A DNA stretch of 64,000 nucleotides from Prochlorococcus sp. AG-409-O23 (GCA_003215355.1 QCKL01000001.1:51001-115000), one strand, 5' to 3'; numbered from the stretch's first letter, positions 20,192 to 30,377 are shown. The notes: a model not told the origin generated them from the sequence alone. Numbers and translations: made by a program.

Positions 20192-21232
20192 TTAATCCGC
20201 AGCCACCCTCAATTTCGCTCCAATATCTTTGAAGTTATAGCCCATTGCACGTAGGGCATGCCATAGGTGGCCTTGGAGGGCAAAGAACCCAGCTATGTAA
20301 TGGAAGTTAGCTAAATAGCAACGTCCCGAATGACCCAATGGAGCAGTTCCAGTCAAGTCAACTGAATCCACCCAAGCAGGAGCGATAAGGAAAGTCCGAC
20401 TCAATGGCTCTCCATAAAACTCAATTGGATAGACAGTGGTATTTGTTGCACACCAGAAAGCTGCAACAATTGCCATAAAGCCAATTCCTGCAAGAGAGAA
20501 AGACAAAATTGCTTCGGCTGAAAGCAACCCATCGCCCTTGAATTTGGTGTATTCACCAATTTGTCTAGTCGCAATATGGAATGCGCCACCGGTTATCTCG
20601 GCAAAGGCCAAGAAAGCATGACCACCCATCACATCTTCAAGGCTGTCAATAGCAATGAAATCAAATTGATGATTCCAAATAGCGCTTAGATCAAGGTTGT
20701 AATTGACTTGACGGATCGCACCGATTGCAGGGTCATAAATCCCATGAACCCTTGCCCATTCCACGAACCAAATACACGCAACCCCCATAAAGATCAAATG
20801 GTGGCCAAGGATAAAGGTCTGATTATCTGGGTTGCCCCATTCCAATTTGAATTTTCTGGCCTGAATGATGTCACTTTTTTGAATATCATCCGGGAAAAGC
20901 AGTGCATGCATTAAGCCACCTGCCCCATAAACCATTGAAAAGACAAGGTGCAGGAGGGCAATTGTTACCACACCTGCCCCTGTCCAAACTCCGGCTTCAT
21001 CGAAGCCAATGCCAATTGCAGCCAAATGGGGAAGGCTTACAAAACCCTGATTGCCCATAGGCAAAGAAGGGTCAAAACGAGAAAATTCAAAAAGAGTGTT
21101 GGCGCCCGCAGCGAATGCAATCATTCCTGTATGCGCCGTATGTGAGGCTATGAACCGACCAGAGCGGTCGGTAACCATAGAATTGCCAGCCCACCAGTTA
21201 TAGGTGACGTCTGGATTCCCATAGGTTTGCAT
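20192..21232 (-). CDS. pcb: chlorophyll a/b-binding light-harvesting antenna protein Pcb (IsiA/CP43 family)
   Basis: MQTYGNPDVTYNWWAGNSMVTDRSGRFIASHTAHTGMIAFAAGANTLFE... Six-helix CP43-like protein of 346 aa, typical of Prochlorococcus Pcb. Confidence 0.92.
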   Translation of the reverse strand: MQTYGNPDVTYNWWAGNSMVTDRSGRFIASHTAHTGMIAFAAGANTLFEFSRFDPSLPMGNQGFVSLPHLAAIGIGFDEAGVWTGAGVVTIALLHLVFSMVYGAGGLMHALLFPDDIQKSDIIQARKFKLEWGNPDNQTFILGHHLIFMGVACIWFVEWARVHGIYDPAIGAIRQVNYNLDLSAIWNHQFDFIAIDSLEDVMGGHAFLAFAEITGGAFHIATRQIGEYTKFKGDGLLSAEAILSFSLAGIGFMAIVAAFWCATNTTVYPIEFYGEPLSRTFLIAPAWVDSVDLTGTAPLGHSGRCYLANFHYIAGFFALQGHLWHALRAMGYNFKDIGAKLRVAAD

Positions 21233-21503
21233 AATTTTAAGAGTGTTATCTGGAATACATAACAGACCCTACAGTGAATTTGAGCCCGCGCGGCAAAGCG
21301 GTTCAGCATCCGAAAAGGTCTGCGATATATGAGTTTTACTCGTCGCGGCCTGGATGCTTTATGGAATCCTCCAAATAAGTAAGATTTTCGCTACAATAGT
21401 TGTCTTTTAAACAGGCACATGGTTTATAGTCAAGGATGAAATTTTCCCTGCTAAATGTTATTGATATTCACAGATAATAAATAAGTTTTTGAGCAAATTA
21501 ACT

Positions 21504-21557
21504 AACAAACTCCTCGTATTAGCTCGCGAATAGCCCTGCTAATACGAGGAGTTTGTT
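21504..21557. other. perfect 20-bp inverted repeat (hairpin) with a 14-nt loop
   Basis: AACAAACTCCTCGTATTAGC at 21504-21523 and GCTAATACGAGGAGTTTGTT at 21538-21557. No U-tract on either side. Confidence 0.9.
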
Positions 21558-21689
21558 ATTGGCTTAATGCGGCTAATTATTTCATTAAAGAACAGCGGGC
21601 AAGGAGCAAAGCAAAGTTATTAATTTATTTTATTCGCAATAGATTAATGCTCTAATGACGTAATGGCTTAAATCAAAATAGCAACTTGA

Positions 21690-22241
21690 TTAAACCTCTA
21701 TAGCTTCCACCAAAACCTTACTTAGAGCCGGCAACGGATCGCCACTCCATTCCTGGAGAGTCTTCATCATTGGACAATTACCGGTCTGTTTAATAGCCAT
21801 GACCATCTCATTCCCTGTTAAGACATGCTTGCCAACCAAAATGTGACGGATTAGTTCCAGGTCACCTTGATACTTCATTGCTATATCCGGTAGCTCTTCC
21901 AAAGCGTGTTCAATATCAAGTCCTTTAATAGCTGCATGTTTCTGAAACTCATACCTAGCAGCATTGGTATATGCCCTTGCACCTTGATCTGTAAATCTTT
22001 TCCCCCCTAGCCCCGTCATAGCTTCATTGCCCCCAAAAGAAATCTGATCCTCACGAGGCACTCCTTCATCTATTTCAACCAAGGCATTCATTAAAATTTG
22101 CTTGGCAGACTCCTCAACAGTTTGGCCCGAGCGGGAAGCATTAACCTGTAACAAGGCCAAAAGCTCACTAGATATATTTAGCTTTAACTGAGTCTTGCTC
22201 AAATGGAACAGCGTGATATTTGATACAAAATAGCTGTTCAA
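21690..22241 (-). CDS. hypothetical protein, possible ribbon-helix-helix N-terminus
   Basis: 183 aa. The segment LKLNISSELLALLQVNASRSGQTVEESAKQILMNAL resembles a CopG/Arc-type RHH. The C-terminal 130 aa are unassigned. Confidence 0.45.
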   Translation of the reverse strand: MNSYFVSNITLFHLSKTQLKLNISSELLALLQVNASRSGQTVEESAKQILMNALVEIDEGVPREDQISFGGNEAMTGLGGKRFTDQGARAYTNAARYEFQKHAAIKGLDIEHALEELPDIAMKYQGDLELIRHILVGKHVLTGNEMVMAIKQTGNCPMMKTLQEWSGDPLPALSKVLVEAIEV

Positions 22242-22676
22242 ATCGAATTAAGAAGCCTTTGGCAAGGCTTAATGGTCATACCCCAACAGAATCTATAGTT
22301 GGCAACAAATCAACCAGCCAAAGACTAAAGGCAGCCAAATGGAGAATAGAGCGCATGAAAATCTATAGCGCTCAGGGATCTCCCACTCATGGGGTCAGCT
22401 GAACCAACTAGATATCAACTAACTAAAGTTATAATTATTGAGTGGTAATTAAGAGCTTTGCACCCCAATTCGCTTTCTAGAAAATAGCAGACTCATATGA
22501 AATTCAATGGAAGCAAAGCCAAAAAAATCACGAGATTCACTAATTCTTGCTCGATCATTTATCACAGCCGTTAAAAGCAAAAGGTAATTTAATCATGCTC
22601 TATTCCAATTCACTAATTCCAAGAAAAAGTATATTTAATCTATAGCAATTGCTAGGCTTCTTATATCAAGATATTT

Positions 22677-23489
22677 TTATTCTAAAATATCAGAAGGCAG
22701 ATATTTATATCTTCGAATATTATGATCACAATAATTCTTAAGATCTAAAACCTGCTTATCAGACACTCTAATATCAGCCCCAGGAACAATAACTGTATCT
22801 TTGTACTTCCATTTAGGCTCAGATATAACCTCGATCTGTAAATGCTTACAAGCCTTCTTCAAAGCTGAGTTGTAGTCATAGCAAAGCTGATTATAATTCA
22901 ATAACGCGATATTGCTGTCTTCTTTAGCCAACTTGCATGCGGCAGTAACATGCTGTGCCCATCTATCAAAATATGTAGCACTATTTTCAACCTGATACCT
23001 TTGCGATTGGCCACATGGAATTCCTGCTGCAAGCTTAAGGGGGCTATTAGTCTTCAGTCCTTCGAAATAGTCTAAAGAGTTTAAATACCTCCAGTAAGAT
23101 ATAAGTGTGTCAACGGGATTCCTATAAATATAGGCTACTTTAAGTTTTCTTGGCAAAGGTACACCGAGAAGGCTCACTGGAAAATGTGATTTGATAATGC
23201 TGCTCATGCATAACTTACCAGTGGAATTCTTACAATTAGACAAAGCCTCTAAGAAGCTTCGAGAATTCTTTAATGAGAAAAAATTAACTGCAGATCCAAT
23301 TTCAGCATAATCATAATTAAGATATTTTTCTCCATTGTACCTAGTACATTCGCCTAGCGAATTCATAAGAAAGTGAGTTCCGCTCCGTTCATGCGAACAC
23401 ACCATGAGACAGGATTCAATATCATCTGACAACTCAACTTGAGCCGTGTGATCAAAACTAAAATATTTTGTATATTTAGCCATAAACAA
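22677..23489 (-). CDS. sulfotransferase family protein
   Basis: 5'-PSB-like motif CSHERSGTHFLMNSL and 3'-PB-like motif YIYRNPVDTLISYW. AT-rich. Confidence 0.75.
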   Translation of the reverse strand: MFMAKYTKYFSFDHTAQVELSDDIESCLMVCSHERSGTHFLMNSLGECTRYNGEKYLNYDYAEIGSAVNFFSLKNSRSFLEALSNCKNSTGKLCMSSIIKSHFPVSLLGVPLPRKLKVAYIYRNPVDTLISYWRYLNSLDYFEGLKTNSPLKLAAGIPCGQSQRYQVENSATYFDRWAQHVTAACKLAKEDSNIALLNYNQLCYDYNSALKKACKHLQIEVISEPKWKYKDTVIVPGADIRVSDKQVLDLKNYCDHNIRRYKYLPSDILE

Positions 23490-23777
23490 TAAATATCAAG
23501 AAATAAAAAAATCACCTTCATTCATAATGCTTTCTTATAAGCCATAGCTGTTTCAGAAGCTCTTAATTAACTACAGTTTAACAAGGCCGTTGATTCCTGC
23601 AGAAATTTGATTTTAACAGCTTTCGCCAAAAAACTGGATACGAGCAATAGCTCCTATCTATTTAAGTCAAAAGTCCTCTAGTTACTCCTCCCTCTAATAA
23701 GTCCTAAATGAAAGAATAAACCTAGTAAATAACCATATATAAAAAATTAATCTCTTAGCAATTCTCTCTGAATTTAT

Positions 23778-24686
23778 CTAGACAAAATCCCGTATAAGTT
23801 TCTCGCTGACATCCCAAAGTTTTTTTCTGTCAGAGTTGATTAAAGCTAGTGACGCAATTCGACAAGGCTTTGGGTACCCCCTGACATTAAAACGCGGGCC
23901 ATATTGTTCTCCACCTTTAGCAGTTGGATTAGTAGCTGCCAACAACTGTGGCAATGCACCCATTCTTGCGCTTTGGAATAATGGATTCATCAACTTATAA
24001 GCAAAAGCCTCTTGCCATGAACCATTGGCATCAACAGAAGTCGACTGCAAATTAGTTCGAGCCAAGCCTGGATGGGCAAGAAGGGAGTCAACCTCGCTCT
24101 TAGATGTCTTCATTAGATTATTTAGCTCTAAAGCAAACATCACATTCGCAAGTTTGCTTTGGGAGTAAGAAGCCCAGCGATCATATTGAATCTCACCTTG
24201 AAGATCACCCCAATTGATCTTGCCCATATATTGCGCACCCGAAGAAACTGTCACTACCCTTGCACCTGTTTGCTTATCAAGTAATGGCAACAGCTTGAGA
24301 GTAAGAGCCATATGACCAAGATGGTTCACAGCAAATTGGATCTCGAAACCTTGTTTGCTAAGGGTGCGGGGTGGAGCCATTACACCCGCATTATTGATTA
24401 AAAGATCTAATCTTGGATATTTAGATGCCACCTGATCTGCAGCCTTACTGACTTTGGTCAAATCCCCAAGATCAAGTTCTATCCAGTCAATCAATCCAGA
24501 ATCAATTTTTTCATGGAACTGATAAATGACATTTTGGGCTTTTTCAATAGAACGACAACCCATAATCACTTTTGCACCTTTTTCAAGTAAGACTTTTGTA
24601 GTCTCAAGGCCAAGGCCGCTATTGGCACCCGTAACAAAAGCAATTCGTCCTGATTGATCTGGTATTTGATCAACTGTCCAATTCAT
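23778..24686 (-). CDS. short-chain dehydrogenase/reductase (SDR) family oxidoreductase
   Basis: Cofactor motif FVTGANSGLGLET, an NNAG motif and the catalytic motif YSQSKLAN. Confidence 0.85.
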   Translation of the reverse strand: MNWTVDQIPDQSGRIAFVTGANSGLGLETTKVLLEKGAKVIMGCRSIEKAQNVIYQFHEKIDSGLIDWIELDLGDLTKVSKAADQVASKYPRLDLLINNAGVMAPPRTLSKQGFEIQFAVNHLGHMALTLKLLPLLDKQTGARVVTVSSGAQYMGKINWGDLQGEIQYDRWASYSQSKLANVMFALELNNLMKTSKSEVDSLLAHPGLARTNLQSTSVDANGSWQEAFAYKLMNPLFQSARMGALPQLLAATNPTAKGGEQYGPRFNVRGYPKPCRIASLALINSDRKKLWDVSEKLIRDFV

Positions 24687-24723
24687 AAATCACCTAAAAA
24701 ATTTAATTTTAAAGAAAAAATAT

Positions 24724-24966
24724 TCAAGAGAGGCTCATAAGTTTCAGGCCAATCCCAACAAGTCCCATACCAACCAGACACACATTCACCAATCCCATAC
24801 CTACTGCACCAATAGTAATTACCCCCATAGAGACTCCTCCAATAGCTATAAATCCCATTGGAACTAGCCCTATTGCAATTATTCCCCTAGGAGCAACACC
24901 AAAAGCAACCAATTTCCTTGCTTCTTTGAAGAGTTCACTATTGTCTTGTGGTGAATCAGAAACCAA
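24724..24966 (-). CDS. small membrane protein made of six decapeptide repeats
   Basis: AFGVAPRGII AIGLVPMGFI AIGGVSMGVI TIGAVGMGLV NVCLVGMGLV GIGLKLMSLS. Colinear paralog of the repeat region of the upstream gene. TTG start. Confidence 0.6.
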   Translation of the reverse strand: MVSDSPQDNSELFKEARKLVAFGVAPRGIIAIGLVPMGFIAIGGVSMGVITIGAVGMGLVNVCLVGMGLVGIGLKLMSLS

Positions 24967-24999
24967 AGCGAGTTCAAGTAACCATTAAAGATTTATAAA

Positions 25000-25461
25000 T
25001 CAATCTTCGATTTCTTGCATGTCACAAGGCATCCATAATTGCCCCATACGGTGAACACCACTACATCCCATTTTTTTTGCTTGAGCTTCAGCTTCAGAGC
25101 GGCTGGGATAGGCAAAATGATTTTTCAAGCTCCCATGAGTTGAATGAATATCGGCGTTGTGAATACGGCCATGATGCTCATGACTCTTACCACTTGGACT
25201 CCATTCCCAAACTCCCATAGTGGTTAAACCTGCGGAAATAACCCCCATTCCTACAACTGAAGCATTTACAACGCCCATCGCAACTACTCCTAAGGAAATT
25301 ACTCCCATTGGCACAACACCAATAGTTATGACTCCCATGGGAACAATACCAATCGAAATGAGCCCTAATGGGGCGATCCCAAATGCAATTTTTTTAGGAT
25401 TGCTACCGCAATGATTAGAAGCTTCTTGCACCTCTTGCTGGGATTTTTTTATCTCTGTCAA
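25000..25461 (-). CDS. membrane protein: six decapeptide repeats, a His-rich linker and a C-terminal Cys/His/Trp motif domain (DUF3721-like)
   Basis: I prefer the TTG start at 25459-25461, which overlaps the upstream TGA stop as TTGA. Repeats: AFGIAPLGLI SIGIVPMGVI TIGVVPMGVI SLGVVAMGVV NASVVGMGVI SAGLTTMGVW. These are followed by SGKSHEHHGRIHNADIHSTHGS and then SEAEAQAKKMGCSGVHRMGQLWMPC. Confidence 0.6.
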   Translation of the reverse strand: MTEIKKSQQEVQEASNHCGSNPKKIAFGIAPLGLISIGIVPMGVITIGVVPMGVISLGVVAMGVVNASVVGMGVISAGLTTMGVWEWSPSGKSHEHHGRIHNADIHSTHGSLKNHFAYPSRSEAEAQAKKMGCSGVHRMGQLWMPCDMQEIED

Positions 25462-25691
25462 TGATTCATACCCCCATGATGATGTTGGGCTCCATCTTCT
25501 ACATGATTGGAGCAGGGCATCCATTTATCGCCCATCTTATGCGCCCCAGTGCAGCCAAATTGACTTGCTGCCGCTTCTGCCTCTGCTTTACTAGTAAAAA
25601 GCGCTGGAGTTCCAGAATTTTTAGAAGTGCTTGAGCATCCAATTAGAGGCAAGAGCAATGCTGCTGTAATTCCGAGAAGGAAAGCTCTCAA
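25458..25691 (-). CDS. lipoprotein with a Cys/His/Trp motif domain (DUF3721-like) and a His-rich C-terminus
   Basis: Signal peptide plus lipobox (LLLPLIGCSS), then KAEAEAAASQFGCTGAHKMGDKWMPC, ending in HVEDGAQHHHGGMNH. TTG start. Confidence 0.6.
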   Translation of the reverse strand: MRAFLLGITAALLLPLIGCSSTSKNSGTPALFTSKAEAEAAASQFGCTGAHKMGDKWMPCSNHVEDGAQHHHGGMNH

Positions 25692-25844
25692 TTGTAGTTA
25701 GGGTTAATTTATTCATATATGCTAAGCATAGCCATGCTCCAAAATTGAATTGATTATCCCGTTGCTGCAATTTTGATTTAAAAATTAATCCTAGGTACAG
25801 ATTGCTCGATCCAAACGAAAGAGATCAATTATATCCGATAAATC

Positions 25845-26369
25845 CTACATGATAGATAATGATAATTTTTTCAAATTTAATGTTTTAGAAATTGAGATCC
25901 AACTCAAATTGTGATGTTCCGACGAACTTTTACGGCCTCGAATAATTAGAGGAAACATAGGATTGGAAGTTGTAAATGACTGCTTATATTTATACATAAT
26001 TTCCATATAAGTTTGGAATGTCCAACCATGATTACCTAGATCTTGGCAATGCCAATAGTTTCTCATCGCCCTGTGAAAATCTTGTATCCCAAATTCTGCC
26101 CAACATTGCTGCATAGCTAGTAAATGATCAGTGCCATATTCTAAAAGTTGCTGATACCTAACTAATTCAGGAGCTTCCCCAGACTTATCAGGAGGCAACC
26201 TTTTCGCCAATTCATCAAACCTAATTTTCTCAAGCCTCAACCAACATCGATCTAAAAGAAAAACGGGATTTCTAAGCGACCAAGGCTTACCCAACAAGTC
26301 CTGACCGGTCAATTGCAGATCCTTAATATGGCGACCTGTAAGAGTTAAGTATTGAGTCTGATATTCCAT
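25845..26369 (-). CDS. conserved hypothetical protein
   Basis: 174-aa ORF rich in Trp, His and Cys. No motif recognised. Confidence 0.5.
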   Translation of the reverse strand: MEYQTQYLTLTGRHIKDLQLTGQDLLGKPWSLRNPVFLLDRCWLRLEKIRFDELAKRLPPDKSGEAPELVRYQQLLEYGTDHLLAMQQCWAEFGIQDFHRAMRNYWHCQDLGNHGWTFQTYMEIMYKYKQSFTTSNPMFPLIIRGRKSSSEHHNLSWISISKTLNLKKLSLSIM

Positions 26370-26376
26370 TTGGAGA

Positions 26377-27294
26377 TCAATACTGCAGGGCCGCTGACCA
26401 AATTGGAACAGTAATTATCGCCAATAATGTACTACAAAAAACCAAAGCAGATGCAAGTTCCTGATCCTTACCTATGCCTTCAGCTAAAAGTAATACAGAT
26501 ATCGCTGTTGGCGTTGCAGCCTGCAAAACCAATGCATTCCGCATCAGCATTGGCAGGCCTAAAGCACTGCAAAGGACCAACATTAAACTTGGCAAAATAA
26601 TTAATTTCAAAAATAAGTAGGGCTTAACTTTAACCATAAAATCCTTAAAGGCCGAATTAGCATATTTAACAATCCCACTAAGACGCATACCAACAATTAA
26701 TAGCGCCAACAAAATTAAAATTCTCGATGGGATCCAAATTGCAGAAGTGATTTGATCTTTCCATGGAATTAACTGAATCAACAATGCACCTGCCAATCCC
26801 TTACTTGCAGGACTATTCATAAAAGCGTCTTGGAATCGAAGCCATACATCTTTAGCTTCAAATGCAGCTGAATTTTGATGAAGAAGAATTGGACCTAAGC
26901 TCCAAATGAGCAAGGTTGCTCCAAAGTCATAGCCAATACTAAAGATGAGCGCCTCACTTGGTAAAAACAATAAAGCTACAGGGATTCCAAAGTAACCAGA
27001 GTTACCAAATGCACTTCCCAACATCAGAGTTCTATTAAGAGTCAAGTCCTCAAGTCTTGGGATCATCCTAATGAAAACTATTAGCAAACCTATTGCTAAT
27101 AAAGCCATCACTGCCGCTTCAAGAAGGTACCCATTCAGGCCACTTCTTAAAAGAAGACCCATCAAACTTATCGGAACTCCGAAATTAATAAGGACGCTAG
27201 CTATTGTGCCTGAGATGGCTGGTTTATAACGCCCCAAGTAATAACCCATTAAAAGGCAAGGCAATAATTCAATAACAAGTTTCAGGATGATCAT
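26377..27294 (-). CDS. AEC (auxin efflux carrier) family transporter
   Basis: 305 aa with about 10 TM helices. Both the N-terminus (MIILKLVIELLPCLLMGYYLGR) and the overall layout are typical of the Mem_trans family. Confidence 0.7.
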   Translation of the reverse strand: MIILKLVIELLPCLLMGYYLGRYKPAISGTIASVLINFGVPISLMGLLLRSGLNGYLLEAAVMALLAIGLLIVFIRMIPRLEDLTLNRTLMLGSAFGNSGYFGIPVALLFLPSEALIFSIGYDFGATLLIWSLGPILLHQNSAAFEAKDVWLRFQDAFMNSPASKGLAGALLIQLIPWKDQITSAIWIPSRILILLALLIVGMRLSGIVKYANSAFKDFMVKVKPYLFLKLIILPSLMLVLCSALGLPMLMRNALVLQAATPTAISVLLLAEGIGKDQELASALVFCSTLLAIITVPIWSAALQY

Positions 27295-27357
27295 TAATGT
27301 CCAAAAAATTGAGGCCTAGTGAATCAAAAATTGAAATTCATGATTGGTAAAACTCCA

Positions 27358-27990
27358 TTACGTTGCCAATCGAGATATATATGACTCAAGGCTGCCTGCA
27401 TTGATCCACCCTGAAGCAATAGTCTTTGAGTGAGTATTACTTACTCTCCCTCGATGAATATGTGAAAGACCCGCAGGGAAAATGACTAATTTTCCTCGTT
27501 CTGCAGCCACATGATGTTCCTGCCAGTGGAACTCTGTACCAGCGGAGTCAACGTTATTGCAATAAAGGATCCAAGCTAGAACCCTATGAGAAGGTTCTGT
27601 CGCCTCATCACTAATAGTCCAGTCGCAATGCCAACGCTTAAAGCCTTCACCTGGAGCATAACGTTGGAGATTAAAAATAGGATTTACGAATAAAGATTGC
27701 TCCGGACAGCACTCTCTAAATAATGGTCGCTCCTGAAGATAGTGATCTAAAGCTGCACTTACTCCACGAATTATGACATCAGATATTGCAAAGGCCTCGG
27801 GATCTGAGTGATCAATCGCGACCAAACTGATATCAGTAGAAACTTTGGCTGGCTCAAGATCTCCCTCTTTTGAATTTTCTCCAAAAGCAATTCCACTAGT
27901 CTGGAGGTCCTGACGTCGATCAAAAAATTCCATAACTCCATCAGCAACTGCCTCAAAACCTTTGCTGTGATAGCTAGCAATTAACTTCAT
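27358..27990 (-). CDS. putative 2OG-Fe(II) oxygenase family protein
   Basis: FNLQRYAPGEGFKRWHCDW...TEFHW...GKLVIFPAGLSHIHRG gives an HxD...H facial triad arrangement, as in the 2OG-FeII_Oxy_5-type proteins of picocyanobacteria and cyanophage (from memory). Confidence 0.6.
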   Translation of the reverse strand: MKLIASYHSKGFEAVADGVMEFFDRRQDLQTSGIAFGENSKEGDLEPAKVSTDISLVAIDHSDPEAFAISDVIIRGVSAALDHYLQERPLFRECCPEQSLFVNPIFNLQRYAPGEGFKRWHCDWTISDEATEPSHRVLAWILYCNNVDSAGTEFHWQEHHVAAERGKLVIFPAGLSHIHRGRVSNTHSKTIASGWINAGSLESYISRLAT

Positions 27991-28212
27991 CGGGGCTCTC
28001 CTCCTAACCGAGGGTTAGCCTGAAATTCCATTAATAGCAAGCTGATTTTTCTCGTCTTTTGAATAGCCATAAAAAGAGAAGCTAATTAGAAGTCGCTAGC
28101 CAGGATTTTTTTACAAAAAAATAGCCAGAGAGCCCTTAAGCTCACTGGCTAATAATTGATTGAGGCCAACCTACATCTAACCTGGTGTGAAAATATCAGG
28201 AATAGAGAGGCT

Positions 28213-28569
28213 TTAATCTTCGCCTTCTGGGACTAAACGGAATCCTTTCCTACCCATCTTGATTTCAAAGTTGTCGCCAGGCTTGAGATCCAAAAGCGCT
28301 GTGTAGGCCTTGCCAATCAAAAGGTTGCCATTGCCCTGAACTGTAGCGACATAGCTCAGCTTCCTTCCTCCTTTGCCAACACCGCCAGCGCTTTCAGAAG
28401 CAAGATTTACGCCTTTAGCTTCAAGCAGAGCTTCGTAAAAGGCGGTGAAGTTAAGACGTTCTCCGCCTCCCTTCTTTGTGGATACATATCCACATGCCTT
28501 CACAAGGTCAGATTTTGAGACATCACCTAAGTCCTTGACTTTGGCTAATAAATCCTTGCCAGTGAGCAT
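28213..28569 (-). CDS. cyanobacterial AbrB-like transcriptional regulator (cyAbrB)
   Basis: C-terminal AbrB/SpoVT domain (VQGNGNLLIGKAYTALLDLKPGDNFEIKMGRKGFRLVP) and the conserved N-terminal region MLTGKDLLAKVKDLGDVSKSDLVKACGY. Confidence 0.8.
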   Translation of the reverse strand: MLTGKDLLAKVKDLGDVSKSDLVKACGYVSTKKGGGERLNFTAFYEALLEAKGVNLASESAGGVGKGGRKLSYVATVQGNGNLLIGKAYTALLDLKPGDNFEIKMGRKGFRLVPEGED

Positions 28570-28973
28570 GATAAATAATCAATAGACTTTTCAGCCTAAC
28601 TTACATATGAGAAGGAGACAATATTTATAGCTTAATTACGTAAGTTCTGTTGCGAAAGGTGGAGATGGATTCTTGGTCGAGTAAGCCGCCTATCAAACAC
28701 GTTGGCTACTAGTCATGAACATATAGTGGGTTGGCTTATACCCACAATTCAGGAAAATCGAAATAAAAGCTTCATGAGCCAGATGTCTTGTTTCTCTGAG
28801 AATTCAAATCAAGCCCTAAGAACCTTCTTATTTGAACCTCTTCAGGCTTAGCCTTTTCTCCCAGATCTGTTGATATGACTGAGCTTAATTGCTGGCCAAT
28901 GAGAAGTGTGTCCAATACCTAGAAATCACTGAGATCAAAGGTTATAACTCAGTTTATACATAGGAAATTAACA

Positions 28974-29312
28974 ATGGCCGCTGAATTCAAAACCCTGTGG
29001 GAGCTTCATCAAGAAGGTGCGTTCGGGCAGCTTGCTGAATCAGCCAGAAATCATATAAATATTCCTGTTTTAGAAATCAATAGCGGTACAGTCAGCGAGC
29101 AAGCAATCATTGGGATTATTGCACTAATAATTATTGGAATGATATTTCTTCCTTTTGGAGCAACTGAAGGTTCTATAAAGGCTTGCCAAGACAGCACAAA
29201 CCAAAAACTTGTCAAACTGGGGGGGGCTGTAATTGTTGCAATGACTTCTATTAGTGTAATCCTCTTCCTAGAAATCCTTGAGTTATCTGAGTCACTAGTC
29301 AGCCTGTACTAA
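28974..29312 (+). CDS. hypothetical membrane protein
   Basis: 112 aa with two hydrophobic helices. Confidence 0.4.
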   Translation: MAAEFKTLWELHQEGAFGQLAESARNHINIPVLEINSGTVSEQAIIGIIALIIIGMIFLPFGATEGSIKACQDSTNQKLVKLGGAVIVAMTSISVILFLEILELSESLVSLY

Positions 29313-30377
29313 ATAGGATGTCCTCGAAGAGTTGATATCTCCAAAGAATAGTGCCTACCCAAATAGCAGCGTCATTAAATACCTTGAGCATATTCTTTAA
29401 AGAATCACATTCTTCAGCTTTTGAGCTCATAGCTAATCATGGGTTAAAGCCTTAGATTGAATAATCAAGCAGCAGCAACGATCTAAGTAGGTCTTCCAAG
29501 CGACTAGCTTGATGGAGAGCCACAGCCTGCATTCTAAATTAAAGCTTGATTGCTTAAAAGCCAATCCATATTGACTGCTCGTATTTGTTCTACGACAAAA
29601 AGAAGTTACCTTGAATTAGTCCTCAAAGCCCACCAAAGGCATGCCTGACTCACTAACGTCAAAAGTCAAAACATGGATTAAAAACGTAATGAGTGGAATG
29701 GGAGGAGCTGTGGTCTCAGAAGAAAGCAAAACAGTCCCTCCAGACATTGGTGACCAGCCATATAAAGACAAACCCAAGAAAGGTGTGTTGTAAGCAAAAA
29801 AAGTCTTTACCTCAACATAAAAAGTATTTTCACCAATTACAGCTTGAGGGGAATCAACTATGTAAGGAGAAGAGGAATTACTTCTCCAACTATGGATCCT
29901 GACTCTGAGTTGAAAGATACTTTGGTTAAAACCGTGAATAATGCTGTCTCCAGAATGGAACTGCTAAGGGAAGCAGCCGATCGTCGCTGTCTATTTCACG
30001 AATATAAGGAATGGTTAAAAAACGATGGCAATGATGATGTGTGGGCTATTCCGTCAGATTGGAACCAAAAATGAATGCGGACATAACATTAAATAAAGAT
30101 CTCAAGCATTGGATAATCTAATGATCTTGTTTGACCAAGCAAAAGGTGTCTCAATAGTTCAGGGTCCTAAGTACTTACTTGCCATGACTAATGAACAGAA
30201 AATTGAGGCCGCCTACAAAAGGATCCTAGAGTTAGAACTTCTTATCAGGCATTGGAAAGCAAGCCAAGCATCTTCCGAGCACGTTGCTTTGGAGCTAATT
30301 GAAGGGGTTGTTAATGAAGACTATGAGCTAGAGGCTGCTTAATCAAGAGAGTTCGCTAAAACAATCGACTCCTAGCC

